Positions 1 through 12,589 of a DNA stretch of 64,000 nt are shown here, piece after piece. The position numbers and the translations under genes are program-made. The notes under the pieces were generated by a model. The model was not told the origin of the DNA. It ran no database searches and saw only the letters and a program-made list of their open reading frames with translations. Positions within the stretch are counted from its first letter, which is position 1; each line of letters opens with the position of its first letter. This DNA is from Adineta vaga (Eukaryota; Animalia; Rotifera), in contig CP075492.1 in assembly GCA_021613535.1 (NCBI GenBank), positions 16,244,001-16,308,000 of the forward strand. The letters are read 5' to 3'.

Positions 1-282
1 GTAAATGTAGAAAAGGTAAAACATATCGAGAATTGATTAGTACATAGTATCATAGATATAATAATGTGATGTCACCACCGATACTATAGTTTGAATAATT
101 AAGGATATTTTTTTCATACTTGCACTACTTTCATCATTATTAGAATTCATTCAACACGTTTATTTCCTACAGTTAAAGATTTGTCTGTCAACATCTCATT
201 GTATTTGATTTGTAAATAAAATGATAGTAAATTTTTTTTAATTTAAATTTAGATTAAAGAAGAATTTTCATCAATAAAATCC

Positions 283-1212
283 ATGTCTGATTCGGATCTT
301 TCAATCAAATCTGAAACAAATCTATTCAAAAAAACAAACAAGATTCGTCATATTCTATCAATTCTTTTTATTATATTTCTAATCATTTTAAGTATTTTTC
401 CATTTTATCAAAGAGATTTTCTTCGAAAGAAAACATATTCACTCAAACGATATCGCATTGCACATTGTATGACAGGTATTCCGCGAACACTTTATAAAGA
501 AGAAGTTTATGTTGCATATCGTCGTCAAGCATTGAACAATCTTCCCGGTGATCTTTTTCTCATTCTTCAATTACCTGATAAAGCGGAAAAAGTTCATGGA
601 GTCGAAATCACTGTAAATCATCGTGATTCATACGAAAGTGCGATAAAATATCTTTCACCTAAAAGACTTCAATGGATTCCGATCAGTGATAATATAGGAG
701 TAAAAGATGATATTACTGGTTATGCTAAATGGAAACGCTGTTTAGATCATATTGAACAAGCTGAAAAAGAAAATGGATTTCAATATGATTTTATTGTTCG
801 TACTCGTCCTGATATATTTATTGCGAAAGATTTACCAACAGAAGATCTTTTACCACATGATCGAGTATTAATCAATCCATATTATGAATGTTTATTAGAT
901 GATATTCCACCGGGTTATACAAAAAAATGGTCTGATCATCAGTCACCATGTGATAATAAAAACTATGGTTTATCTGATTTTTTTACAATTTTACCGAGAA
1001 AATTTGCAAATATATTTTTGAATATATCTTATATACCTGATTTACCTCGTCATATTTGTGGATCACGTTCTAGTCATCCTGAATGTGGTGTTCGAGCGAT
1101 TCTTTTCAAATATAATATAACTTTTGAACTTTGGCCATTTGTTGTGAAAATTATGAGACCAACACAGTTTTGTCATAATCGAGTGTGGAATCATTTTAAT
1201 AGTTGGTGTTAA
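283..1212 (+). CDS. Intronless type II membrane protein, putative glycosyltransferase-like (copy 1)
   Basis: 309-aa ORF; N-terminal TM segment (ILSILFIIFLIILSIFPF); YDFIVRTRPD motif and later D-x-F motif typical of uncharacterised GT-A-like proteins. Confidence 0.65.
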   Translation: MSDSDLSIKSETNLFKKTNKIRHILSILFIIFLIILSIFPFYQRDFLRKKTYSLKRYRIAHCMTGIPRTLYKEEVYVAYRRQALNNLPGDLFLILQLPDKAEKVHGVEITVNHRDSYESAIKYLSPKRLQWIPISDNIGVKDDITGYAKWKRCLDHIEQAEKENGFQYDFIVRTRPDIFIAKDLPTEDLLPHDRVLINPYYECLLDDIPPGYTKKWSDHQSPCDNKNYGLSDFFTILPRKFANIFLNISYIPDLPRHICGSRSSHPECGVRAILFKYNITFELWPFVVKIMRPTQFCHNRVWNHFNSWC

Positions 1213-1972
1213 ATATAGTTTTCTTCAAAAAAAATAATCTTTTGTCTAAACATACCCCTAACGTCATTCATTGCTCATATAGAATGCAAGAAGTTTTTGT
1301 GATGATAAAAGTTTGCTGCACTCCGATTGCCTTGAACAAACAAACGAAAGATAAACTTTAATAAAACCTATCGAGTCTATATTTGAAAATTCGATGTTTC
1401 GTGAATGAAGATACGATTCAATTATACTATCAAGCAAAAGATGACTAAGAAAACAATTGAATTATCTCAAAAATGAAATAGATGAAAAACGAGTTTTTTT
1501 TCTTCTTGTTTCCATTCAGTTATTTAATTGATGTGAGAGTATTCTTAACATTGAAGAAGAAAAAGAAAAAGATGAAAACTTATTAGCAATATTAGAGAAA
1601 GAATAATAAATATATTTGAGAAAAGCATGCTTCAAGAAGGTAAGAAATTATTAGTCGACTTTCCTTTCACTCAAACAAATTTGTTCACTTTCTTAAATGT
1701 ATTTCCATAATAGCAATGAACGATAAAATATCTATGAATTATTTATATAGACGTTGTCGGCACAGCATGCTTCATTCTTCATTGAAAGCCAAAATCATCG
1801 AGAAATATTCTGCATCTTTACTATTCTCTTTGTTTCATTCTTTTTCCAAGTGAATCAGAAATTCAAGACTGAAAGGGAAAAAAAACAATAAGTGAAACAT
1901 ATAGAGGATAATTTAGTACTCTTAAATACTTCAACACTCTTTTTCAGATCATTTCTCAAGAAAAAAAAATCC

Positions 1973-2903
1973 ATGTCGAATTCAAATTCTTCAATAAAAT
2001 ATCAAATAAATTTATTCGAAAAACAAACAAGATTCGTCATATTCTATCAATTCTTTTTACTATATTTCTAATCATTTTAAGTATTTTTCCATATTATCAA
2101 AGAGATTTTCTTCGAAAGAAAACATATTCACTCAAACGATATCGCATTGCACATTGTATGACAGGTATTCCGCGAACACTTTATAAAGAAGAAGTTTATG
2201 TTGCATATCGTCGTCAAGCATTGAACAATCTTCCCGGTGATCTTTTTCTCATTCTTCAATTAACAGATAAAATAGAAGATGTTCATGGAACAACTGTTAA
2301 TACAAGTCAACCTGAACGATATGAAAAAGCAATCAAGTATCTTTCACCAAGGAAATTAGAATGGATTGCAATCGACGATCATTTAGGAGCTATTGAAGAT
2401 ATCAGTGGCAATGCCAAATGGAAACGTTGTTTAGATCATATTGAACAAGCTGAAAAAGAAAATGGATTTCAATATGATTTTATTGTTCGTACTCGTCCTG
2501 ATATATTTATTGCGAAAGATTTGCCAACAGAAGATCTTTTACCACAGGATCGAGTATTGATCAATCCATATTATGAATGTTTATCATAGATGATATTCCA
2601 CCGGGTTATACAAAAAAATGGAAAGATATTGAACCTCCTTGTAAGAAAAAGGATTATGGTTTACCAGATTTATTCGCAATATTACCACGAAAATTAGCAG
2701 ATCCTTATTTACGCGTTGCATTCACACCGAATTTACCTCGTCATGTTTGTGGAGCAGGCTATTCACATCAAGAATGTCCTATTAGAGCTGTTCTTTATAA
2801 ATATAATATAACTTTTGAACTTTGGCCATTTATTGTGAAAATCATGAGACCAACACAGTTTTGTCATAGAAATGCTTGGAATCATTTTAATAGTTGGTGT
2901 TAA
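1973..2903 (+). pseudogene. Tandem paralog of the 283-1212 gene with two frameshifts (pseudogene or consensus errors)
   Basis: ATG at 1973 and full colinearity with copy 1. Frame breaks at ~2020 (A-run one base short) and ~2580 (repaired by one extra T); joins ORFs 2158-2589 and 2577-2903. Confidence 0.85.
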
Positions 2904-3160
2904 TTTCATTGGATTTGACTTTTAACTTTATTTTTTTTCAATGCAATAGTGAGAACCTAGCGCTAAACTTGAAACACGCAGAAAGTAAATGAAACCTACA
3001 AAATGATTATGAATAATGATTTATTATAAAATTTGAAATATAGATTCGTTTATTATGTTTAAAAATGGTTCTTTTTTTTGTTTTTAGAGAATATCACTTC
3101 ACACGTGTTAATATTGAATATGTCACTAAAAAACGATGATCAGTTCTTAAATATTCCTGC

Positions 3161-3731
3161 TTATTCGACACGTTTGAACCAACGATGAGCTTGTACCGAA
3201 CCACATTTCAGATCCTGTAAAGAGAAAGTATTATCTTGAGGGTAACAAGAAATTGAATTTTACTTACAATTTGTTGTTGACCTTGGCCATTTACATAGCG
3301 AACTGCTACACATTCTTTTCCATCTTTATCTCGCATTGTATGTTCCAATGCGTTGCCTTTAACTCGAGCAATTGTCTGAAAACATTTAATAAAACACATG
3401 TTTGGAGAATAAATGATAAATATATAGACAAACTTTAACTTCACGTCCATCACTTGTTGTTTCATCAAATTCAACACCAAGTGTAAATTCGACCGTTTTC
3501 GTTTTCAATGAGCTTTCAGATCGAATTGTCCATTTACCACCATTTTCGCTAATAACAAGACGAGGCTTCAAATTTTTAACTACCATACGTTTAGCCATTC
3601 CAACGCCAAGTTCTTTCAAAAGTTCATCCATATTTTCATCGTTGATCTAAATAAAAACCAAAAATAAACCGAAACTAAATAACTCAAATTTATTTTACTT
3701 GATCCCATGTTCCTTTAAGTGCTTCGACCAT
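3161..3731 (-). CDS. FABP: Fatty acid-binding protein (intracellular lipid-binding family), 4 exons, ~135 aa
   Basis: Exons 3731-3699, 3646-3434, 3375-3268, 3214-3161 with GT-AG introns give MVEALKGTWDQINDENMDELLKELGVG...FTLGVEFDETTSDGREVK...HRWFKRVE*, with the GxW and FxLGxEFxExTxDGR signatures. Confidence 0.93.
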
Positions 3732-4053
3732 ATTGTATATAGTTGTTGTTTTGCTTGCGAGAAGATTTAAAAGATCGAGTTTGTGCTACAATGCATAAAA
3801 ACTAGCTAAATCACAAGTGTTTATATACAAGCTGATCATTACTAATAAAACCGCCAACGCCGCGATCAAAAGTACGAACAGAGTACGTTCTTATTACAAT
3901 CTGTCAGCAGGAAAGGAAAAAATGCATGTTGAATTAAAGTACGTTTGGCATTGAAGAACACAAGAACACGTTAAAAATAGAAAAACAAACAATGATTGTT
4001 CTTTTTGTCATCTAAGATTTTCTAATTATACAGATTTCGATTATTCAAGTTTG

Positions 4054-4095
4054 TTGACGGTGGATGTGGGTGAGGCTCACCCTCACCCTCAAGAT
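4054..4095. repeat. Telomere-hexamer fold-back mini-element
   Basis: TTGACGGTGGATGTGGGTGAG...CTCACCCTCACCCTCAAGAT. Confidence 0.7.
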
Positions 4096-4601
4096 GAAAA
4101 TACATTTTATCAATGGTTAAAAGAGTAGTTTCCATCATCGATCTCAATCAACATCAATTTATCGCCGGGAAAATACTAATTATATTCGAGTTAGTCATCT
4201 CAAATTTATTTTTCTTTAATGAAGAACAATTAATATGTATATCAAAGGACTCGAGAGTGTGGGTGTGAGTAATGCGTTTGTCTCTGATTCACATCTTCGT
4301 AAAAGCTATTTTGTTTTGATCTTTCTATCCTTTTCATAGGTACTTCTTGAATAGAAAAAAAAGAGTCTTCTTATCTATAGGCGCATTTTTTTCTCTCATG
4401 TACTTTTAGTTGAAATAAAGTCCAAAGATAAATAAAAAGAGCATTTATAGTCGTTATTGAATGATTCACGTGCATCTTATCACAAATAAATGTAAAGGAA
4501 AGGGAATTTTATATATTTCTATCAGTGGTAACAATAAAAACGAATACAGTATCACAACTTCTTTTTGGTTTGTTTTTCTACAACACTGCAATACAAAAGT
4601 C

Positions 4602-5054
4602 ATGATGAATAAATGTATGGTTATGCAAAATGGTTTTCAATTCGCTACTGGAGTAGATGGTTGTATTGTATTTTTATTTTCTGGTTGGAATGTTGATAGT
4701 CATGTTAAATATGCATTCATGCTTATTGGTGTTGTATGTATGGGTTTACTCAATGGGTTCTTAGCTTTTATTCGTCATTATTTAGTTAATAAATCAAAAA
4801 CAAATTCATCTTTATTGGTTTATCAAATTTATTTAGCATTGATATATGGAATTCAAATTGTTCTTGCTTATTGGATGATGTTATTAGTGATGACATATGA
4901 AACGGGTGTTTTTCTTGCACTTATATTTGGTCTTATGATTGGTTATTTCATTTTTAGTTTAATTCAAACTAAAAATAAATCATCAGTATCAGGTGATGAT
5001 TCGACATATCAAAATCAATTCAATAATACACCTTGTTGTCAAACTGTTTCATAA
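4602..5054 (+). CDS. Ctr (SLC31) copper transporter family protein
   Basis: Three hydrophobic segments; MxxxM (WMMLLVMTY) in TM2, GxxxG (GLMIG) in TM3, Met-rich N-terminus. Likely start is the ATG at 4602. Confidence 0.88.
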   Translation: MMNKCMVMQNGFQFATGVDGCIVFLFSGWNVDSHVKYAFMLIGVVCMGLLNGFLAFIRHYLVNKSKTNSSLLVYQIYLALIYGIQIVLAYWMMLLVMTYETGVFLALIFGLMIGYFIFSLIQTKNKSSVSGDDSTYQNQFNNTPCCQTVS

Positions 5055-6554
5055 AAATTATCGATTTGTTTTGTGCAGAAAAAAAACATTTAGATTTAAC
5101 CTTTTTCTTTTGAAAAGTTTATAAAATAGAAAGAAAGACGATTCATCGAAGAAAAAGGAAGAGATACATGTGAGTGAAAATACAGTCGAATACGAGAATC
5201 ATTATATACAACGTATCTTGGAGATGTAGATGAGGACGTTTGTATTTGCATCCCTTCTTTATCCATATACATCCATCAGATAGAATCTATGGAAACAATC
5301 ATAGTTTCAAAATGTTATGTTTCTACAAATTGATATGCAAATACTTGTCTATTTTTGATGAAAATCATTAACATATTGAAAAATATATTTTACTCATTTG
5401 TATTCTTCGAATACTTTTCAATATCATCTGTATGTTTTGCCGAGAAATTTATAAAATATGATTTCTACTAATTATATCACCTATCAAGTAAGAAGGTGTG
5501 AGTGTGGTGAACGGATAAGGATAATAGGAATGAAAACGAGAGAATCTTCTTTGTTTATCCAATCACATGCATTTATTCATCATTTTTTACCTCACATCTG
5601 CTTTGATACATACATCAAAAATGTTAATTTACTAATAAAAATTTATCACTATTATGTGTGCTTGTATCGAACAAGAACTAATGATCGCAACGCAAAAGAT
5701 TCATTCTAATACAGAATTACATTTGTGATTATACAAACGGTTATGTTTTCTCAGTGTCATTCCGAAGAAAAACTGCCATTATCAACATTCACATGTTAAA
5801 GCACTAGGATGATCGATATTTTGAGAAACATTAAATCATACTCTGTTTTCGATAGAATGATTTATTAGATTATTAATATGAACAATCGATATCATTAATA
5901 GATTGCTGAATATAGTTTGCCAATTTATTCGAGGTAAAAGTGAAAAAAGAACGGATGCAGAAATGAAGCCTTTTGACAAAGTTCTAAAAAAATGATGTTA
6001 TTAAAACAGAAATATTTAACTAAAAAACAAAGATCGTGATAAAAAACGAGTTATGACAAAAGAAATTATTTGATAAATATAAATAGAAAAGATAAAACTA
6101 ATAAAAAAATTTTCATAGATGTTATTCATTTATTGACGAAGAGAATTGATACTTTATTTTCAGTTAAAACACGTATCATTGTCAATCGAGGTTTCTATAA
6201 TGTATTATTTCTCTTGTTATATTCGTATTAAAAAAAAACATTTTAAGTCAAAAGAATTTCATAATTCTATTATTTTAAATAAGCTAAACTATCGAATTCT
6301 ACAAATTTCAAATACAAAAATTGACTTTATTCATAATCAAACTTGAGAAAAAGTTTTATTTTCTTATTTATACAAAATGTTTATTAGAAAATTATTCTCT
6401 GGTTTTATTTTACATCGAAGGAAAATAAAGACAAAGAGTTATAAATACTGGAGAGAAACCAATGATTGATGTCATTTGTTTTTTAACCGAACAAGAATAT
6501 TATTTCACAATCTTGCAACGACCTTCGTCAGAAATCTTATTCATTATATTTACA

Positions 6555-9500
6555 ATGAATCATAGAAACGTTTTCTTCATTATTCTTTTCATTACGAATA
6601 ATAAAATGTCAGGTAAATATCTTATCTCTATTAAATTGAGACTATCTTGAGGGTGAGCGTGTGAGTGTTGGCTAACATTCGACTCAACCGCACTAACACT
6701 CATATCCTCATTCTTTGTAAACTTCATTCAGTCATCTGGAGCATTAACTATCGGCATTCAGATAGAAAATAAACTCTATGAAGGAAACAAAAACGCAACG
6801 GCAACTCTCAGAAAGGAAAATTCGTTCTCTTCAATTCTTCATGGTTGTTGTGTGGCCTAAGCGGACCCATTTTATATTCTTTAAAACTCGCATACAGTTT
6901 TCGAAGAAATATTAGTGAGTGTGAGTCTTTAAGTCGAGGAATTTTTCGACTTTACTATTAAAGGCATATTTCCAGTATAGAAAAGTTTCCATTACAAACA
7001 TGCCACGATAACATAGTCAATTTGAGAATTCTACATTGTAGTTCCAAAGGGACTAGACTGTAAAGCTAAAATTAAATCTTACGACACTTCGTTTCATCGT
7101 GTAACATCTAAAAAAGTTTTATATAGTTAAAACATATGCAAAATGAAGACAATAATGTAGTATTGATAGTTTCTGCTCAAAGAAACATTCTCTTTTCTTC
7201 TTTCTATCTTAGTTGTTTCATTGAATCAACCAACAATTTGTCCAGCAGCAATTTGGAACACTGATGGAATCACTTTCGCTAATGAAACGACAGTTGGTCA
7301 ACTTCCTCGTGCCATTTTTGTTAATAAGAATAATACAGTTTATGTCGCTAATCGACAAGAAAACACAATTCTAATGTGGTTGAATGATAGTATCAACCCA
7401 CCAAAAATAATTTCTGGAAATTTCTCAGATCCGTATTCCATATTCGTAAAAAATAATGGAGATATTTATATTGATAACGGTCAGTTCAATGGTCGAGTTG
7501 ATAAATGGATGGTAAAAACAAATACTTCTGTCACTGTGATGAATGTAAGTTCAGCATGTTATGGTCTGTTTATCGACATCAATGATACTTTGTATTGTTC
7601 AATGTTTGATCATCATCAAGTCGTGAAAAGATGGTTGAATGATGATAGTATGATAACGGTCACTGTTGCTGGAACTGGAAATCAAGGATCTGAGTTGGAT
7701 CAGCTCGCTTTTCCTCATGGAATCTTTGTTGATGTTAACTTTGATTTATATGTAGCAGACTCTTTAAATAGCCGTATTCAACTCTTTCACTCAGGACAAC
7801 AAAACGGAATAACAGTAGCAGGAATAACCTCATCAACTATAACAATTGCGCTTTTAGGTCCATCTGGAATTGTATTAGATGCCCAAAAATATCTATTTAT
7901 TGTAGATAGCTATAATGATCGTATAGTTAGATCAGGACCAGATGGTTTTCGATGTTTAGTTGGATGTTATAACGGGAATTTTCAATCCAAGCCATTATCA
8001 AACCCATTTACTCTTAGTTTTGATAATTCTGGAAACATGTTTGTTACTGATCAATCGAATCATCGAATTCAAAAATATTTATTATTGGAAAGTTGCTGTG
8101 GTAAGTTTGAAATTGTTGAAAAAAAAGAGTAGATTTTATATAAAAGATCAAATGTATCATCTTGAGGGCGTAGATGAAGCATTTGTCTCTTATTGACAAC
8201 ATCATCCGCCCTCAATAACAAGCATGCCGATTATTTCTATTTGCCCATTTGGACGAATATAATTTAAGCCTTTCTTCTCTCTCTTGAACAGATAATACAT
8301 CGGTCATCCAAGCGGAGTACTCATCTGCATTGTCAATGAACAGTTCAAAATATTCACTTACTGGTTGTGAAATGTCACATTACTATCAAGCTTTACAAGT
8401 ATTTGTGCTCGATTCTGGTTGTTATAGTTTCGTCAGTAATAATAGTATCGAAACACTTTACTCTGTTTACAAGAACAACTTCTCTCCATTGAATCCAAAT
8501 GAAAACTTAGTCGCAAAAAACGCATATAGTTGGGATAATACACAATTTCAACTTATCACTGATCTTCAATCCAACACTAGATACATATTAATTGTAACAA
8601 CATATGATATAAATAAGACAGGAGCATTTTCTATCGCAATATCTGGGCAAAGAAATGTTAATCTCACTCAAATCAGTAAGTTCATTGTTATTATTATGAA
8701 AGAACAGTACAAAGAAGAAACCTTGTAGAGCAGGACACAAAAAAATGCTCTGTGACAGTCCCTGATAGACATACGTATGTATAATTATGGTATAAACTTT
8801 ATTGAATAAAGAAACAATAAATATGAATTAGAATGAACATCAAAGAAAAACGTAGTTTTATAGAAATATATTTACTTTTATCTATAACATGTAGTTTGAA
8901 GTTTGTCTAACACTTTAATATAAAGAGTTGTCATCAAAAAGAAAATCCAAAATAGCGAAGAATCAAATAGAGCATCTTAACGTAAAAACTGAGCTTGAAA
9001 GGATCGAACTCAATACATTCTTTTTTCGACATTTAAACCCTAAGAATACCCAAATTTCGGTACATATATCAGAAATTTCACTTAGTTTTATTTATCATTA
9101 ACTAGATACTACATCAGTGGTTCAATCATTTTATCGATCAGAACTGAATGCAACTAGTCAAACATATTCTCGAGATTGTCAACTTGTAGGTTATTACTAT
9201 GAGACCATACAAGTAAATGTGGCTGAAAACGGTAATTACATTATTGGAATGGAAATTCTTACCGATATTAGCATGCACATATATATCTACAATGGTAATT
9301 TCAATCCATTCAATCCATTTGCAAATATACTCTCAAAAGATACTACGGGCTGCGGTTTCGGGATAATAAAAAAAACAATTCATCTTCAGACTGACATTAC
9401 ATACATAATGGTTGTGACAACACTCTTTCCAAATAAAACAGAATCATTTTCCATCATAGTATCAGGTCCAAGCAATGTCAGTCTGAATCATTTTAGTAAG

Positions 9501-10951
9501 TATCTTTATTGTTTTGGTTTTTATTAAAGTAAAAAGCTTTTTGAAGTATTATACTTTAACTTGAACTACTTTATCAGAGTATTTTTAAAGCTAAAGTATC
9601 ACCTATATCTCCGGTGGTATTTTATATTTCTCTATCAAGTGTTCTAAATACTACTGTGAGTAGTCCGAGGTTCTTTTCATTACGGTTTGTTCTATCTATG
9701 AATAGAAATAGAATTAGATTGATATCTCAGCAACAAAGATACTCTCAAAACGGTTGATCTATCTTGATAATTATTTGTTCAAATTGAAGATATAAGAATA
9801 AGTTAAAGTAGCTCATAAATAGAATTATTGTTTTTCTTTGGACATAAAAGATTACGCAATTGTATACGATTTATCTAGTTGAAAGACAAAGCAGTTGTTT
9901 TATTGGTAGTAAATGTCACTTTTACGAAAAGAGTATTGGTTTGACTCTTGACGATATTCTGCGCGATGAAATCCGACCAAACACGACTTTAGACAAGCAA
10001 ACATTTGCCATAAAACTAAGTGCAGCTATGACAATTATTATGTGCGTTGCGGGTTTGATCAACAGTCTTCTTTCATTCTTAACATTTCAAAATAAACAAT
10101 TGCGAAACATTGGTTGTGGGATGTATCTTTTAGCGTCATCTATCACGTCTCTTATTACGATTAGTATGTTTACAGTCAAATTCTGGTTTGTTGTTCTCAC
10201 TCAAATAGATGTATCTATTAGTCTCTCAGTTGTTCGAGGAGGATGTGTATCGATCGAACCTCTTCTGAAACTTTTCGTATATTTCGATTCTTGGCTTAAC
10301 GCTTGTGTAGCGATCGAACGAGCAATTAATGTTTTCAAAGGAATTCACTTCAATAGAGATCGGAGCAAACGTATTGCTCATTGGATAATTATTCTCTTAC
10401 CGTTCTGCATCTTGGGTTCTCTCATTCATGAACTCTTATATCGCGAATTATTCGTAAATGTTACTGAAAATAACAAAAATGGAAATGATAAGAAAGAAGA
10501 AGTTGAAACAATTAAACTAATTTGGTGTGTGACACGTTATTCTCGTTTTATTGAAAAATACAATACAGTCATTTTATTCTTTCATATGGTTGCCCCGTTT
10601 CTTGCAAATCTGTTTTCTGCTTTGTTGATCATCTTAGGAACTGCTCGACAACGATCAACAACTCGAACTAAACAAACATACAGAGAACATGTTGGCGAAC
10701 AATTGCGAGAGCATAAACAATTACTGCTCAGCCCATTATTTCTTCTTATATTAGCTTCACCTCGGCTTATCATTTCTTTATTACCTGGATGTGTGAATGT
10801 ATCTCGTAATTTATGGTTATATCTCTCTGCTTATTTTATTTCATTCACACCGTCGATATTTGTACTTATCATCTTTGTTCTTCCTTCGAAATTGTACAAA
10901 AAAACATTGAAAGAATCGCTAAGAAGTTGGCAAAGACAGATCAATAACTAA
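6555..10951 (+). CDS. Chimeric receptor: signal peptide, NHL beta-propeller, two tandem beta-sandwich domains, rhodopsin-like 7TM (~930 aa, 5 exons)
   Basis: Exons 6555-6612, 7213-8100, 8292-8675, 9106-9495, 9879-10951 are joined by phase-1 GT-AG introns that keep one frame (2793 nt). NHL motifs (FPHGIFVD..LYVADSLNSRIQ); two homologous ~128-aa domains (F.P.NP..N); 7TM region with IERA (DRY-equivalent). Confidence 0.8.
6644..6710. repeat. Telomere-hexamer fold-back mini-element (intronic, degenerate)
   Basis: ATCTTGAGGGTGAGCGTGTGAGTG...CACTAACACTCATATCCTCA. Confidence 0.65.
8159..8215. repeat. Telomere-hexamer fold-back mini-element (intronic, degenerate)
   Basis: ATCTTGAGGGCGTAGATGAAG...CATCCGCCCTCAA. 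Confidence 0.65.
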
Positions 10952-11144
10952 ACAACTTTTGTAACTTTTTGTGAGGGCGAGGGTGTGTAATATAAATAGA
11001 TACTCGCGCGTTCGCTGTAGTCCTTTCCTTTCTTGAGTCATTATAAAAACATTCAAAACTATTTTGCTTTGGACAGATAATAATGTGCATCTAAGAAAGT
11101 CCCAAGCAAATAACTGATTGGTCAATACACTAAAAAGTAATGTG

Positions 11145-11203
11145 TGAGGGTGTGGGTGTGGGTATATCTTCTTCACTCACATCTACACCCACACCCTCAA
11201 GAT
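11145..11203. repeat. Telomere-hexamer fold-back mini-element
   Basis: TGAGGGTGTGGGTGTGGGT...TCTTCTTCACTCACATCTACACCCACACCCTCAAGAT. Confidence 0.85.
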
Positions 11204-11764
11204 GTTGTGCTCACCTTTATATAACAGATTGTTATATATATCAAGTTGTAAATACTGCATTACGTGAAAACGATGAAAAGAAAGTGTCAACACTTGGACC
11301 TTTTTGTTATCTTTTACTGAATCATATTGGTCAAGATTCAAAGGAAAAATCTTCATTTCGTGATCGTGTTCATCGAGTTCTTCATCCAAATGAAACTCAT
11401 TCAGTTATTGTTTATCGTGGTGATTCCGCTTCGGATGAAGTTATTGAAGAATATAAAAAAGCAATTGAAGATAAAAAAAACGAAATATTTTAAATGGCTT
11501 CCATTTGTTTCAACTTCGCGTAAGGAAGATGTAGCTTTATGTTTTGCAAAAGATGTTTTATATATAATGGAAATTCAATCTTATTCATCAAATGAAGATA
11601 GAATTAGAGATGTCAAATTAATTTCTAAATTTCAAGAAGAAGAAGAAATTTTTTTATCACCTGGTGTTTTATTTCAAGTACAGAATGTTGAATTTAATAA
11701 TAAACATGGAATTTATTATGTTCATATTAAAATAATTTCATCATATATTTCAAAATTAACATGA
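11204..11764 (+). pseudogene. 5'-truncated R-S-E ADP-ribosyltransferase domain with one frameshift
   Basis: LYITDCYIYQVVNTALR...TLGPFCYLL, VYRG, FVSTS and EEEE motifs spread across ORFs 11140-11493 and 11327-11764; frameshift in the A-run at 11473-11480; no own start codon. Confidence 0.8.
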
Positions 11765-12589
11765 TATGAAATTGAAATATGTCATTGTAAAGAATAATTT
11801 ATTGTTTTAAATAAATAAACACTAAAACTGATTGAAATATTTCTATAGATTAATAATTAATAATATACTTCAGAAAAAAAAGAGAGTTTACTGAAAAACA
11901 CTCTTCATCTACAGATGCAATGGTGACAATAACCAGCCTATCGGTGAATTTATTTAAAAATAATCGGTGTAAAGGGAAAGAAAATAATTTGACAAAAATC
12001 GATCGATCAACGAGTAAGTGCATGTATCCGCTTTTCTTCATATATAGTACAATTTTGTCAATGCATAAATATTCTAATATTCACAACTTCGCATGTACAA
12101 ACGAATCTTGCTATTATATTAAAAAATTCATAGTTTGTATCGTAGAATTACGTATAAACACTTTTAGAAGATGAATTACAGAAAATAATATCAACTTTAA
12201 AATCATCACTCGTATAGCATACAGTTAGAGAAGGATAAGAAAAGAACAGCAATCAGGATGCAGCAAATGTTAAATAAAGAAATTTTAAGTGCGATCGTTA
12301 TCCACATATGCCTATTTCTACAAGAAACTAAAAGTAGATCCTTTTCAGATATTTCAGTGCGTTTTGCATGTTTACTGACTTGTTCCGAGGAATGACACAT
12401 AGTTGAAACCATATAACAGCTAGTCGTTCTCATCAATCTCTCTTTTATTAATACGATTCTTACAAAGAAGCTGAGAAGGAAGAATTATTTCCTGAACTAC
12501 TACGCATAGTATTTATTAGGGTGTGACTCTTGTTGAAGAGATAGATCAGAGCATTTTTTTATCGTATTCAACTTTTAAACGATCTATAG

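Noticed and set aside
4461-4601. N-terminal extension of the Ctr ORF
   Set aside because: Spans a TATA-like box (~4510) and looks like 5' UTR; 4602 is the better start.
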